From Mobula hypostoma (lineage: Eukaryota): DNA of 64,000 bases. The stretch's first letter is position 1; every line of letters starts with the position of its first letter. Location of the stretch: assembly GCF_963921235.1 (NCBI RefSeq), contig NC_086097.1:116996001-117060000 (forward strand), in the 5' to 3' direction. A model generated the notes under the pieces. The model was not told the origin of the DNA. It did no database searches and saw nothing but the letters and a program-made list of their open reading frames with translations. Shown here piece by piece: positions 1-9,558 of this stretch. Both the position numbers and the translations under genes were made by a program.

Positions 1-195
1 TCAGAAGTTCAAGAAATTGATGTTCATGTCATCAGGTTGGAGGCTACCCAGATGGCATATAAGGTGTTGCTCCTCCAATCATCGCGACAGTAGAGGAGGC
101 CATGGATTGACATGTCGGAATGGGAATAGGAAGTGGAATTATCACCCGAAACATCAGCTGTTTACTCAGTTCCTGGCCTGCTGAGTTCCACCAGG
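1..195 (-). mobile_element. Penelope-like element fragment (GIY-YIG C-terminus) joined to a piece of its terminal repeat
   Basis: Minus strand reads SHSDMSIHGLLYC...LEEQHLICHLGSLQPDDMNINF, the C-terminal motif of Penelope-like ORFs. The same motif recurs at 5826-5870 and 16820-16950. Positions 146-195 carry CCGAAACATCAGCTGTTT...CCTGCTGAGTTCCACCAG from the terminal repeat in the opposite orientation. Confidence 0.7.
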
Positions 196-639
196 TGAGG
201 AGAAAGGTAGGTGGGTGGGGAGAAGTGAGATTTTACTCTGGGCCTACTTTGTTAACTGAATTTTAATTGCTCATCCTGCACATTGGGATTCAAATTCAAA
301 ATACAATAGAGGCCTGTTTCTGTTCCTCTATCTGTATTAATGGCACAGCAACTAAAGCACAATATCAACACAGCCTTATCAATCGGCAGCTGACCAGCCA
401 CAGACACTAAGAACGATGTCAAAAAGCTGGTTTTAAAGGAGGAGACAGAAATGTAAGCCTCTTCCCGAGGAGGAGGAGCGGATGATTCAGCTCCTCAACA
501 CTATTCAATACGGTTAGGGCTGATCAGACTGCACTCTCACCTACCCACAGTAACTTTCACCCCGGATTTACCTGCTACCTTAACAATATCCAACCGAGTA
601 ACAGAGTAAATAAGCAACTTGTTGGAGGAATTCCACTCC

Positions 640-1205
640 ATCCTGCAGGTCATTAATATAAATAGTACATAACTGAGGGACAAGAACTCAGCCTTTGGGC
701 TCTCCACTAGTTAAATACTTCCAGCCTGAAAGAGATCTGCCTATACTGGCTGACTGCTTTCCATGCCATACCTAATCGTCAATCTGTTGCAACACACTTC
801 TCCTAACTCTTACTTTGTGGACCAGCCTTTTATGTGGCACCTTATCAAACGTTTTCTGGAAATCCAAATACACTGCATCTACAGACTGTGCTCTATCAGA
901 CTGCTTGCTACATCCCCAAGAACTCCTGCAGGTTCATCCAGCAAGGTTAACAGTTAATAAAATCACGTTGTCGAAGATTCTCCAAATGGTTCACTGCTTC
1001 TTCCTTGATTATTGCTGCCAGCACCTTACCAACAGCAGATTTTAAGCTAGCCGTTTTTTGTCTTTCTCCCTTCTTGAAAATGAAGTCAGATTTGCAGATT
1101 GCCAATTCATTGGCACCTTCTATGACCTCAGGTAATTTTGAAGACTCTCAGCCAATAACACCATGATCACTGCACCTGCTTCCTTTAAAACTCTTGGTGC
1201 ATTCT
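640..1205 (-). mobile_element. Highly degenerate CR1 LINE RT fragment
   Basis: Resembles the reverse complement of CR1 RT segments elsewhere in the window (ATGTGGCACCTTATCAAACGTTTTCTGGAAATCCAAATACAC corresponds to VYLDFQKxFDKVPH). Many stops and indels. Confidence 0.6.
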
Positions 1206-2370
1206 TCAAGGTTCAAAGTAAATTTATTCTCAAAGTACATACTGTATAGGTCAACATATACTACCCTGAGATTCAATTTCTTGCAGGTGTTCATAGTAGA
1301 AGGTAGATTTACAGCAGAATTAATGAGAAACTATACAAAGACTGACAAACAATTGATGTGCAAAGGAAGACAAATTGTACAAACACAAGCAATAAATAAA
1401 TAATCAAACAAATCTGACAACAGGAGTGGTCGAGTCCCTGAAAGTGAGCCATGGGTTGTGCAATCAGTTTATGGATGAGGTGAGTGAAGTTATTCAGGAT
1501 GATTTAGGAGTCTGGTGGTTGAAAAGTAATAAGTGTTCCTGAACCTGGTGATGGGAGGGAGGAGGGGGCCTAAGGTCCCTGTGCTTCCTTCTTGATGGAA
1601 GCAGTGAGAAGACAGCATGGCCTGGATGGTGGGGTCCTTGTAGATGGATGCTGCTTTCTTGTGGCAGTGCTCCTTGTAGATGTGCTCAATGGTGGGGATT
1701 TTGTCTGCAAGGGATTGGGCTGTATCCCATCCCTTTTTATCAGCTTTTCTATTCTTGGGCGTTGGTGTTCCCATACAAGCTTTGATGCAACCAGTCCAGA
1801 TACTCTCCACTGCGCATCTATTAGATTATGAGAACACTCAGTCCGCTTTTATTGTCATTTAGAAATGCATACATGCATTAAGAAATGATACAATGTTCCT
1901 CCAGAGTGATATCACAGAAAATAGGACAAACCAAAGACTAACGCAGACAAGACCACATAATTATAACATATAGTTACAGCAGTGCAAAGCAATATCATAA
2001 TTTGATGAAGAACAGACCATGGGCACAGTAAAAAAAAAGTCTCGAAGTCCCTGAGTCGATCGACTCCCAAATCCCCGATAGTGGCAGCAAAAGGGAGAAA
2101 CTCCTTGTCATAAACCTCCAGGCACCGTCAACTTGCCGATGCCTTGGAAGCAGCCGACCACAGCCAACACTGAGTCCGTCTGTCCGAAAACTTCGAGCCT
2201 TCGACCAGCCCCTCCAATACAGCCTCCGGAGCGCCATCCTCTGCCGAGCGCCTTCGACCTATCATCGGCCACCGAAACAAGCAAAGCCGAGGATTCGAGG
2301 CCTTCTGCTATAGAAGTTTGTCAAAGTTTTAGGTGATATGCTGAATCTGTGCTAACTTCTAAAAGCAGAA
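1205..2370 (-). mobile_element. Rex1/Babar LINE 3' fragment, interrupted by an insertion at 1822-2307
   Basis: ORF 1490-1810(-) ESIWTGCIKA...IEHIYKEHCHKKAASIYKDP...TRFRNTYY matches the Rex1 C-terminus. The Rex1 sequence resumes at 2308 (CTATAGAAGTTTGTCAAAG). Confidence 0.7.
1822..2307 (-). mobile_element. Unclassified non-LTR 3' fragment inserted into Rex1
   Basis: Flanked by CTAT (1818-1821 and 2308-2311). Left end TAGATTATGAG looks like a short-repeat tail; no recognisable coding domain. Confidence 0.45.
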
Positions 2371-2589
2371 GAGCACCATTGATCTTTCTTTGTTCTGTTT
2401 GAATTTCTAAAACTTCTTAAATTTCTGCACTCCTTGCTGTGAAGGAACTCCCACTGCACTATCGGGAAGGATGTTTCTGAATTCAGATCCAGTGACAATG
2501 AAGTAGTGGTGATGAGATTCTAACTCCGGGTGGTAAGGGGCACCTTCTGATGGTGAGGTTCCCATGCACCGCCTCTCTTGTCCTTCCAC

Positions 2590-2875
2590 TTCCAGGATAA
2601 AGGGCTGGTCATGGAAAACGGAGGCGTGTGGACATCTTTTTTCAGAGGATGATGAATCTTTGGAATTCTGTATAGAGAGTTGAAGAAGGTGGAGCATTCA
2701 TGGCATTGAATGTGGAGGCAGTTAAATTTTTTGAAAGAACAGTCACCTGAGGACTATAGAAAAATAACTACACAACAGAAATTGAGGCCAGTATTGTCAT
2801 CAGTCATAATCTTATTGCATGGCACGGTAGGGTAGAGGTGGCAGGTGATCTATTCCTTTTCGATTGTCCTGTGTT
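2590..2875 (+). mobile_element. Old CR1 3' end fragment
   Basis: Degenerate match to the CR1 C-terminus (...FFQRMMNLWNS) and 3' UTR seen in younger copies at 31420-31720. Confidence 0.5.
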
Positions 2876-3240
2876 GATAGAAGTCACAGTTTTAGGAGAT
2901 ACTGTCAGAGTACCCTGGACGACTAAGAGTTGATTTTGACAATGGGAAAATGCTGTAAACACAATAGTTTAGGCAGATACTGGAAATCCAGAGCAACACA
3001 CTCAAAAGTCTGGAGAAACTCAGCACATCAGGCCAAATCCATAGGAAGAAATAAACAGTCCGAGTCCATTCATCAGGACTGGAAAGGAAGGGGGAAGAAT
3101 CCAGAATAAGAAGGTGCGGGGTAGGGGAAAGAATAAGTTGGCAGGTGATAGGTGAAACCAGGTGAGGAGGAAGGTGGATGGGTGGGAGAGGGGACAAAGG
3201 AAGAAGTTGGGAGGTGATAGGTGGAAGAGGTAAAGGGCTG

Positions 3241-5672
3241 TGTCATGGTCCGGTCTATAAAGTCTGCATTCCGGTTCACGGTCTGGTCCATTGACCCTTG
3301 CTCCAGGTTTTCCTGTCTACCCTGTTTCTGTTCTTTTTGTGCACTAATTGAGGCAGCTGATGCTTGTTGGGGCTGGCTGCATGAATACCTTCAGAGACCA
3401 GGGCGTGGCTGCTGGATTGTTCTTGTCTGTACTCCTTGTATCCCTTCCTCTGCCTTCTGTTTCCTCGCCTGAAGCCCTGCCTTGTCTTGTCGGTAATTCT
3501 CATCTCGCCTAAAGTTCTTGTCTCGCCTTGCATTGCCTGAAGTCTTGCCTTGTCTTGCTAGTAACTCTCGCCTCACCTGAAGTTCTTGTCTTGCCTTGCA
3601 TTGCCTGAAGCCTTGCCTTGTCTTGCTGGTAACTTTCGCCTCGTCTCGCATGAAGCCTTGTCTTGGAGCTACCCTGTACCTAGCTCCCTTCCTGTCCCTT
3701 GCCTCCGCCGGGTAAGTCAGGCCGTCTTGCCATTACCCTGCGGTTGGTTCTGTCCCTTCCTGCCTCTTGCCTCCGTCAGGTAAGCCAGGCTGTATTGCCG
3801 TTACCCTGTGGATCGTTCTGTCCCTTCCTGTCTCTTGCCTCTGTCGGGTAAGCCAGGCCGTCTCACCGTTACCTGTGGTTGGTTCTGTCCCTTTCTGTCC
3901 CTTGCCTCTGTCGGGTGGAGTACCGCGCCCTGCCCAGGTGATCTGCACCCTGCCCAGGAGTACCGCGCCCTGCCTAGGAGGAGCTTCTAACCCCAAGCCT
4001 CGAACCTCGCCCCAAGCCAAGCTTCCAGACCCCAAGCCTCAAGCTCTAGTCTCAAGCCTCGCCTCAAGTCTCTAGTCTCAAGCCTCGCCTCAAGTCTCTA
4101 GTCTCAAGCCTCTGGTCCCAAGCCTCGCCTCAAGTCTCTGGTCCCCAGCCTCGCCTCAAGTCTGTAGAATCCAGCCTCGTCCTACCTGCCAGCCAAGTCA
4201 TGTCCTTGCCTAGTTCTGGGGTCCGAGCCAGAGGCAAGACCTAGTTTCTGGGTCCTTGTCCAGTCTCTGGCTCGGAGTCCAAGCCCGGGCTCCTAACTCT
4301 CTTTTCCAGTCCTTTTCTGGGTTCCCGGTTTTCGTGTCCATGTCCTTGCCCTCACTCTGTATTCTAGTCCTGTCCCTAGTACTTCAGTGTCCGTGTCTTG
4401 CACTTGGGTCCATTATGACAGAACAAGACGAGGCGAAAGTTACCAGCCGCCCCCTTATGACAGAACAATCCAGCCAACCATGGACCCAGCGACACAGACA
4501 CTTTTGTTTTCCTCTTGCCACCCGGGGGTCCCTTCTGTTAAATACCCTTCCACCCACCCGGGTCGTCCATAGTCTGGATAGCCTGTTTGGTTGCCAGGAT
4601 ACTCCCATAGGGGGGAGGTACTGTCATGGTCTGGTTCGTGAAGTCGGCATTCTGGTTCACGGTCCGGTCCATCGACCCTTGCTCCAGGTTTTCCTGTCTA
4701 CCCTGTTTCTGTTCCTGTTAAGCACTAATTGAGACAGCTGATTCTTGTTGGGGCTGGCTGCATAAATACCTCCAGAGACCAGGGCACGGTTGCGGTACTT
4801 TTCTTGTCCTCACTCCTTGTATCCCTTTCCCTGTCTTCTGTTTCCTCACCTGAAGCCTTGCTTTGTCTTGCCGGAAACTCTCGCCTCACCTGAAGTTCTT
4901 GTCTCGCCTTGCATTGCCTGAAGCCTTGCCTTTTCTTGCTGGTAACTCTCGCCTCATCTCACCTGAAGTCTTGCCTTGGAGCCACCCTGTACCTAGCTCC
5001 CTTCCTGTCCCTTGCCTCCGCCGGATAAGTCAGGCCATCTTGCCATTACCCTATGATTGGTTCCATCCCTTCCTGTCCCTTGCCTCTGTCGGGTAAGCCA
5101 GGCTGCATTGCCGTTACCCTGCGGTTGCTTCTGTCCCTTCCTGTCCCTTGCCTCCGCGGGTAAGCCAGGCCATCTTGCCGTTACCCTGCGGTTGGTTCTG
5201 TCCCTTCCTGTCCCTTGCCTCGGTCGGGTGGAGTACCGCACCCTGCCCAGGTGATCCGTACCCTGCCGAGGAGTACTGCGCACTGCCCAGAAGGAGCTTC
5301 AAGACCTCAAGCCAAGCTTCCAGATCTCAAGCCTCAAGCCTCGCCTCAAGTGTCTAGTCTCAAGCCTCTGGTCCCCAGCCTCACCTCAAGTCTCTGGTCC
5401 CCAGCCTCACCTCAAGTCTGCAGACTCCAGCCTCATCCTGCTTGCCAGCCAAGTCACGTCCTTGCCTAGTTCTGGGGTCCAAGCCAGAGGGAAGACCCAG
5501 GTTCTGGGTCCTTGTCCAAGCCCGGGCTCCTAGCTCTCTTGTCCTGTCCTGTTCCGGGTTCCCGGTTTTTGTGTCCATGTCCTAGTCCTCACCCTGTATC
5601 CTAGTCCTGTCCCTAGTACTTCGGTGTCTGTGTCTTGCACTTGGGTCCGTTCTCAGCCACCCCCTAATGACA
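3241..5672 (+). mobile_element. Non-autonomous Sushi/Tf1-type (chromovirus) Gypsy LTR retrotransposon: two long LTRs and a 159-bp internal region
   Basis: LTR1 3241-4462 and LTR2 4622-5672, both TGTCAT...ATGACA. 5-bp TSD GGCTG at 3236-3240 and 5673-5677. Internal region starts GAACAATCCAGCCAACC ATG GAC CCA GCG (MDPA, a Sushi-type gag start) and ends with PPT GGGGGAGGTAC. Confidence 0.85.
3468..4165 (+). repeat. Tandem repeat arrays inside LTR1 (shorter equivalents in LTR2 at about 4850-5420)
   Basis: Three blocks: CCTGAAG...CTTG units; roughly 58-bp GGTAAGCCAGGCCGTCTTGCCGTTACCCTGCGGTTGGTTCTGTCCCTTCCTGTCCCTTGCC units; CTCAAGCCTCGCCTCAAGTCTCTAGT units. Confidence 0.9.
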
Positions 5673-5889
5673 GGCTGGGAAAGAAGGGGATCTGTTAAGA
5701 TAGGATAGTGAACAATAGGAGAAAGGGAAGAAGGAGGTGCAGGTGAGGATAAAAGAAAAGAGTAAGAGGGGAGCCAGAATAGGGAATGGAAAAAGACAGA
5801 AGGAAGGGGGAAGAAATTACTGCTCGTGTCATCAGGTTGGAGACCACCCAGACAGAATATGAGCTGTTGCGTCACTGTGCTCTAGAGTT

Positions 5890-6340
5890 AGAAGAAATTA
5901 ACACTTAGAACAGTGTATAAGAGCTTATCATTGAACACCCTAACAAACTTCTCCAGATATGCTGTTGAAATTATCCTGACTAATTGCATCATGGTCTCGT
6001 ATTGCAATACAAATGCACAGGAGTGCAGGAAGTTGAGGAGTTTAGTGGACCCAGCCCAATCAGGACCATATATCACCACGTGGACCAGGCCATCATTGTG
6101 CAGAAGCCATTGGGCAGGAAGTACAGAAACCTGGAGACCAGGTTCCCTTCCCTTTTGAACCAACCAGCACAACCCTAATCACTATCCTTTAGATCACTTT
6201 GATCACTTTGCATTAAAATGGACTGCTTTTTGTTCTAATTTTACTCGTTCTTGTAAAAAAATGTGTATAACTTATGTTTGATTTATGTTTTTCTTGTGAA
6301 TCTTCTTGTGGTGCTGCGGTAAGTCATTTTTTCATTATGT
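5890..6340 (+). mobile_element. Rex1/Babar 3' fragment
   Basis: ORF 5913-6158 TLTNFSRYAVEIILTNCIMVSYCNTNAQECRKL, followed by the 3' UTR. Confidence 0.65.
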
Positions 6341-6354
6341 TCTAGCTAGCTGAA

Positions 6355-6720
6355 TCACCGTCTGGTATGGGGATGGGGGTTTTTGGAGAGGTGGGGGCTA
6401 CTGCACAGGATCAAAGTAAGCTGCAGAGGCTTGTAAACTTCATTAGCTCCATCATGGGCACGAGCCTCCACAGCATCCAGGACGTCTTCAAGGAGCAGTG
6501 CCTCATAAAGGTGGTGTCCATCATTAAGGACCCCCATCACCTTGATCATGCCTTGTTCTCATTGCTGTCATCGGGTAGGAGGTACAGAAGCCTGAAGACG
6601 CAAACTCAATGATTCAGGAACAGCTTCTTCCCCTCCACCATCCAATTTCTGAATGGACATTGAACCCATGAACACTATCTCACTACTTCTTTTATTTTTC
6701 TATTTTTGCACGACTTACTT
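6355..6720 (+). mobile_element. Rex1/Babar 3' fragment
   Basis: ORF 6367-6612 AQDQSKLQRLVN...IIKDPHHLDHALFSLLSSGRRYRSLKT. Confidence 0.8.
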
Positions 6721-6865
6721 TCATTGTACTTCACCTACTTGTGCGGGTCAATAAATTCGACTTTGAGTTTAACTGGCGGATTACTTTGTGGTGGATGGTG
6801 CTCTGCATCTTTACAGTTGTTAAGATCTTGTCGGTGGCAGGAGGGCTGTAGAGCATCAAGAGTTA

Positions 6866-7644
6866 GGCTACGTCCACACTAGACCGGATAATTTTGAAAA
6901 TGCCGGTTTTGCATAAAAACGATAGGCATCCACACCAGGTGTTTTCGAAAATACCTCTGTCCACATTAAAGCGGGTATTTGGGCGAATCTCCTCTTACTG
7001 GGCATGCGCAGGACACATCTACAGAAAACAAGCCAAGAGGAAACAGTATACTTGGTGTGCGTATGTCCAGTTACAGACTAGAAAAACTTAAAAGGAAATT
7101 GCCAAACGGTGGACAGTTGTTGGCTCTCGCACTGGAGGACTTAAAACTAAAAAAACAAATACTGGAGCGTATGGAGGCAACAGACAGGGAGGTCACGGAC
7201 AGTATGACCCGGCTGACGACGAACATTGAAAAACTGACTAACTCTGTTGCAGAGGGATTTGCAATGATGAGGAATATGATGGCTCCCCCCACCGTACTTT
7301 TCACCGCCCCAGTACCAGCCTCACAGCCACTACAATAGCTACACAGACCCCCGGGTGGCCCCACCAACGTCTTCCCCACTTCCACAGAGGGGTCACCCTG
7401 GAAACATTTCCTGCAGCCATAGTCTCTCCACCGATGAAAGGGACGACAGGTTTTTTAAAACCTCTGGTTACCCCGTACACACTGCAACGCCTAACCGGCG
7501 TTTTCAGATTTAAACACTCTGGAGAGTGTTTTAGAAAAGCTCTGTTTTCGGGGGAGGAAAATGCCGTTTCAGTGTGGACGGAGGGTCAAAACGAAGAGAA
7601 AAAGCTTCGGTTACGGATTTATCCCGTCTAGTGTGGACGTAGTC
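6866..7644 (+). mobile_element. Non-autonomous PIF/Harbinger DNA transposon with a remnant of the accessory (Myb/SANT-type) ORF
   Basis: TIRs GGCTACGTCCACACTAGAC and GTCTAGTGTGGACGTAGTC (18/19 match). 3-bp TTA TSD at 6863-6865 and 7645-7647. Internal coiled-coil ORF ...EKLKRKLP...LTNSVAEGFAMMRNMM resembles the C-terminus of fish Harbinger accessory proteins (recognised from memory). Confidence 0.8.
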
Positions 7645-7923
7645 TTAGATTGCTTATTTCAGGACACAGTCTTTGAGCAGCTAATGTAGCAATAATACCC
7701 AGCTTGCAGTTCCAATTAAGTTTTTGATCAGTGGTGGCCCACCTAGAAGCCTAGGTGTCGATCAAGGCTTTCTCTACACAGACAGGGACTGCTTCATTTG
7801 TAAGAAATTGCAAATATACCTCATGAACCTGGTTAACTGGTACATTAGAAACGTGAAGTCGGAAGAAAGCAACCGTATTTACTGAGCCAATTCAGGATCA
7901 AATGTAAAATGTTAGACTGCTGA

Positions 7924-7936
7924 TGCCATCTAGTGG
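7924..7936 (-). promoter_or_regulatory. Candidate CTCF core motif
   Basis: Minus strand CCACTAGATGGCA fits the CTCF core consensus CCACYAGRKGGCR and lies in a non-repetitive island. Motif match only. Confidence 0.35.
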
Positions 7937-7999
7937 TTTGTGTTAAAATTACAGAGTGAGTTGAACGTGGCAAATTTATTTATTTTAAAGCTGTTTATA

Positions 8000-8180
8000 T
8001 AGATAGCTTTATTTGTCAAGCATCCATTGAAACATCAAAACAAACAGTGCAGTGCGTCAACAGGCAACCCAGTCTGAGGGTATGCTGGGGGCAGCCCGCA
8101 AGCTTGCCCACAATGTTCTCACTCTAACCCCGACATCTTTACATGTCTGGAGGAAACCTATGTGGTCACAGGGAGAACTT
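8000..8180 (-). mobile_element. Degenerate V-SINE-related fragment
   Basis: GGAGGAAACCTATGTGGTCACAGGGAGAAC is the reverse complement of the central domain of the SINE at 35705. Similar composite at 63620-63920. Confidence 0.45.
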
Positions 8181-8563
8181 ATGAGTCAGAGAGTGATAGA
8201 TCCACTTAATGAGATTTTCCTGTGTATTTCTTATTCCCCGGGAAGATCCTCTGATCAAGTTGTTCACATTTCACTGTAAAACCGAGGATCATATCTGTGG
8301 TAAACCAGATATATATATGTTGTAACTGGGTTACCTGTCTGGACATGCCTGGACACGCCCCTCTGCTGACTGCTCCTGTGGCTCCTCCCACAGACCCCTG
8401 AATAAAGATGATTGTGTCACTGCTCCTCCCTCGGTCCAGGGCAGACGTGGAGCATGGACGTTGGTCCATTTACTGTTAATAAAAGCCTTTCACTATTTAC
8501 TCTACTTTCAGTCTTTTGGAGTAATTGATAGTGCATCAATTTTATTAACAGTAATTTTAAAGC

Positions 8564-9520
8564 ATGGAACATGTCCTGAGACTCAACAAGCTAGACCTCG
8601 ACCCACAAACACTTGAAGCCGGAAACGCTTTCAAACTCTGACTGGCCTGCTTCGAATCATACCGAGAGGAGATTGAAGTGACCGAGCCCACCGCGAAGCG
8701 CAGAGTTCTCCTCTCCAGGGTCAGTCCACAGGTCTACTCAATGATTAGAGACCAGCCGAGCTACAACGGTGTGATGAGCAACCTCAAAAGACAATACCTG
8801 CGGCTGGTAAACACCGTCTATGTGCGACATAGCTTAGCGACGCAGCAGCAGCGGCCCGGAGAGTTGAGCGCTGAGTTCGTCTGGGCCCTACAGACACTCG
8901 TGCGGGCCTGCAATTGCGGGGGGCTGACGGCCGAAGAGCATGTGGAGCTCCTAGTAAGAGACGCCTTCGTCACGGGGACCAGGTCAGTGTATGTGTGCCA
9001 GCGGCTGCTGGAACACGCCGATCCTACCTTACGTTCGACGATTGAGCTGGCCGACACGCTGGAGGCTGCTCTGCACAACTCTGACGCTCGCCCAGCACGT
9101 AATCTCCCAGCAGCCTTGTGGACGTCACAGACCCCACAACCCGCCAGCGAATCAACCACGGCTGCTGCCAGTCGCGAGTCCGCGAAGTGCTACTTCTGCG
9201 GACTCAAGAAGTACCCCCGGAAACGCTGCCTGGCCGAGAAGCTACCTGCTCCATCTGCGGAAAGAAGGGCTACTTCGCCAAGGCCTGTAAGTCCAAACCG
9301 CGAGCGGGATCCAGCAGCGCTGCGTGCGAGGCATGAGGGTCGCCATCTTAGCCGTCGCCATCTTGGCTGTCGCCATATTGCCTGCACGCCACCACCATGT
9401 GCAAGACATGGGGGTGGCCATCTTGGTTGGTGCCACCTCGCACCGCCTACGATCCACGGGTGCTCTCAAGGCAGCCCACTACGCCGGACCAAGACGGCGA
9501 CTCAACTCTGGCCTCCGTGA
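8564..9520 (+). pseudogene. gag: Gypsy gag (disrupted)
   Basis: ATG at 8564 is in frame with ORF 8678-9520, with an in-frame TGA at about 8639. Knuckles CYFCGLKKYPRKRC and, after a frameshift, CSICGKKGYFAKAC. Confidence 0.8.
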
Positions 9521-9558
9521 CCCTCGACTAAAGTGCTCGCCACCAGCTCGCAAGGACA

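Larger units (their letters stand above)
2962..5870 (-). mobile_element. Penelope-like terminal region split by the LTR element at 3241-5672
   Basis: 2962-3240 is terminal repeat plus purine-rich UTR. It continues at 5673-5870 into the GIY-YIG tail (QQLIFCLGGLQPDD on minus). The halves join across TSD GGCTG. Confidence 0.7.

Noticed and set aside
3468..5420. Repeat arrays as a CRISPR array or repeat-protein gene
   Set aside because: Units are contiguous without unique spacers, lie inside LTRs, and no cas genes are present. The overlapping ORFs are low-complexity by-products.
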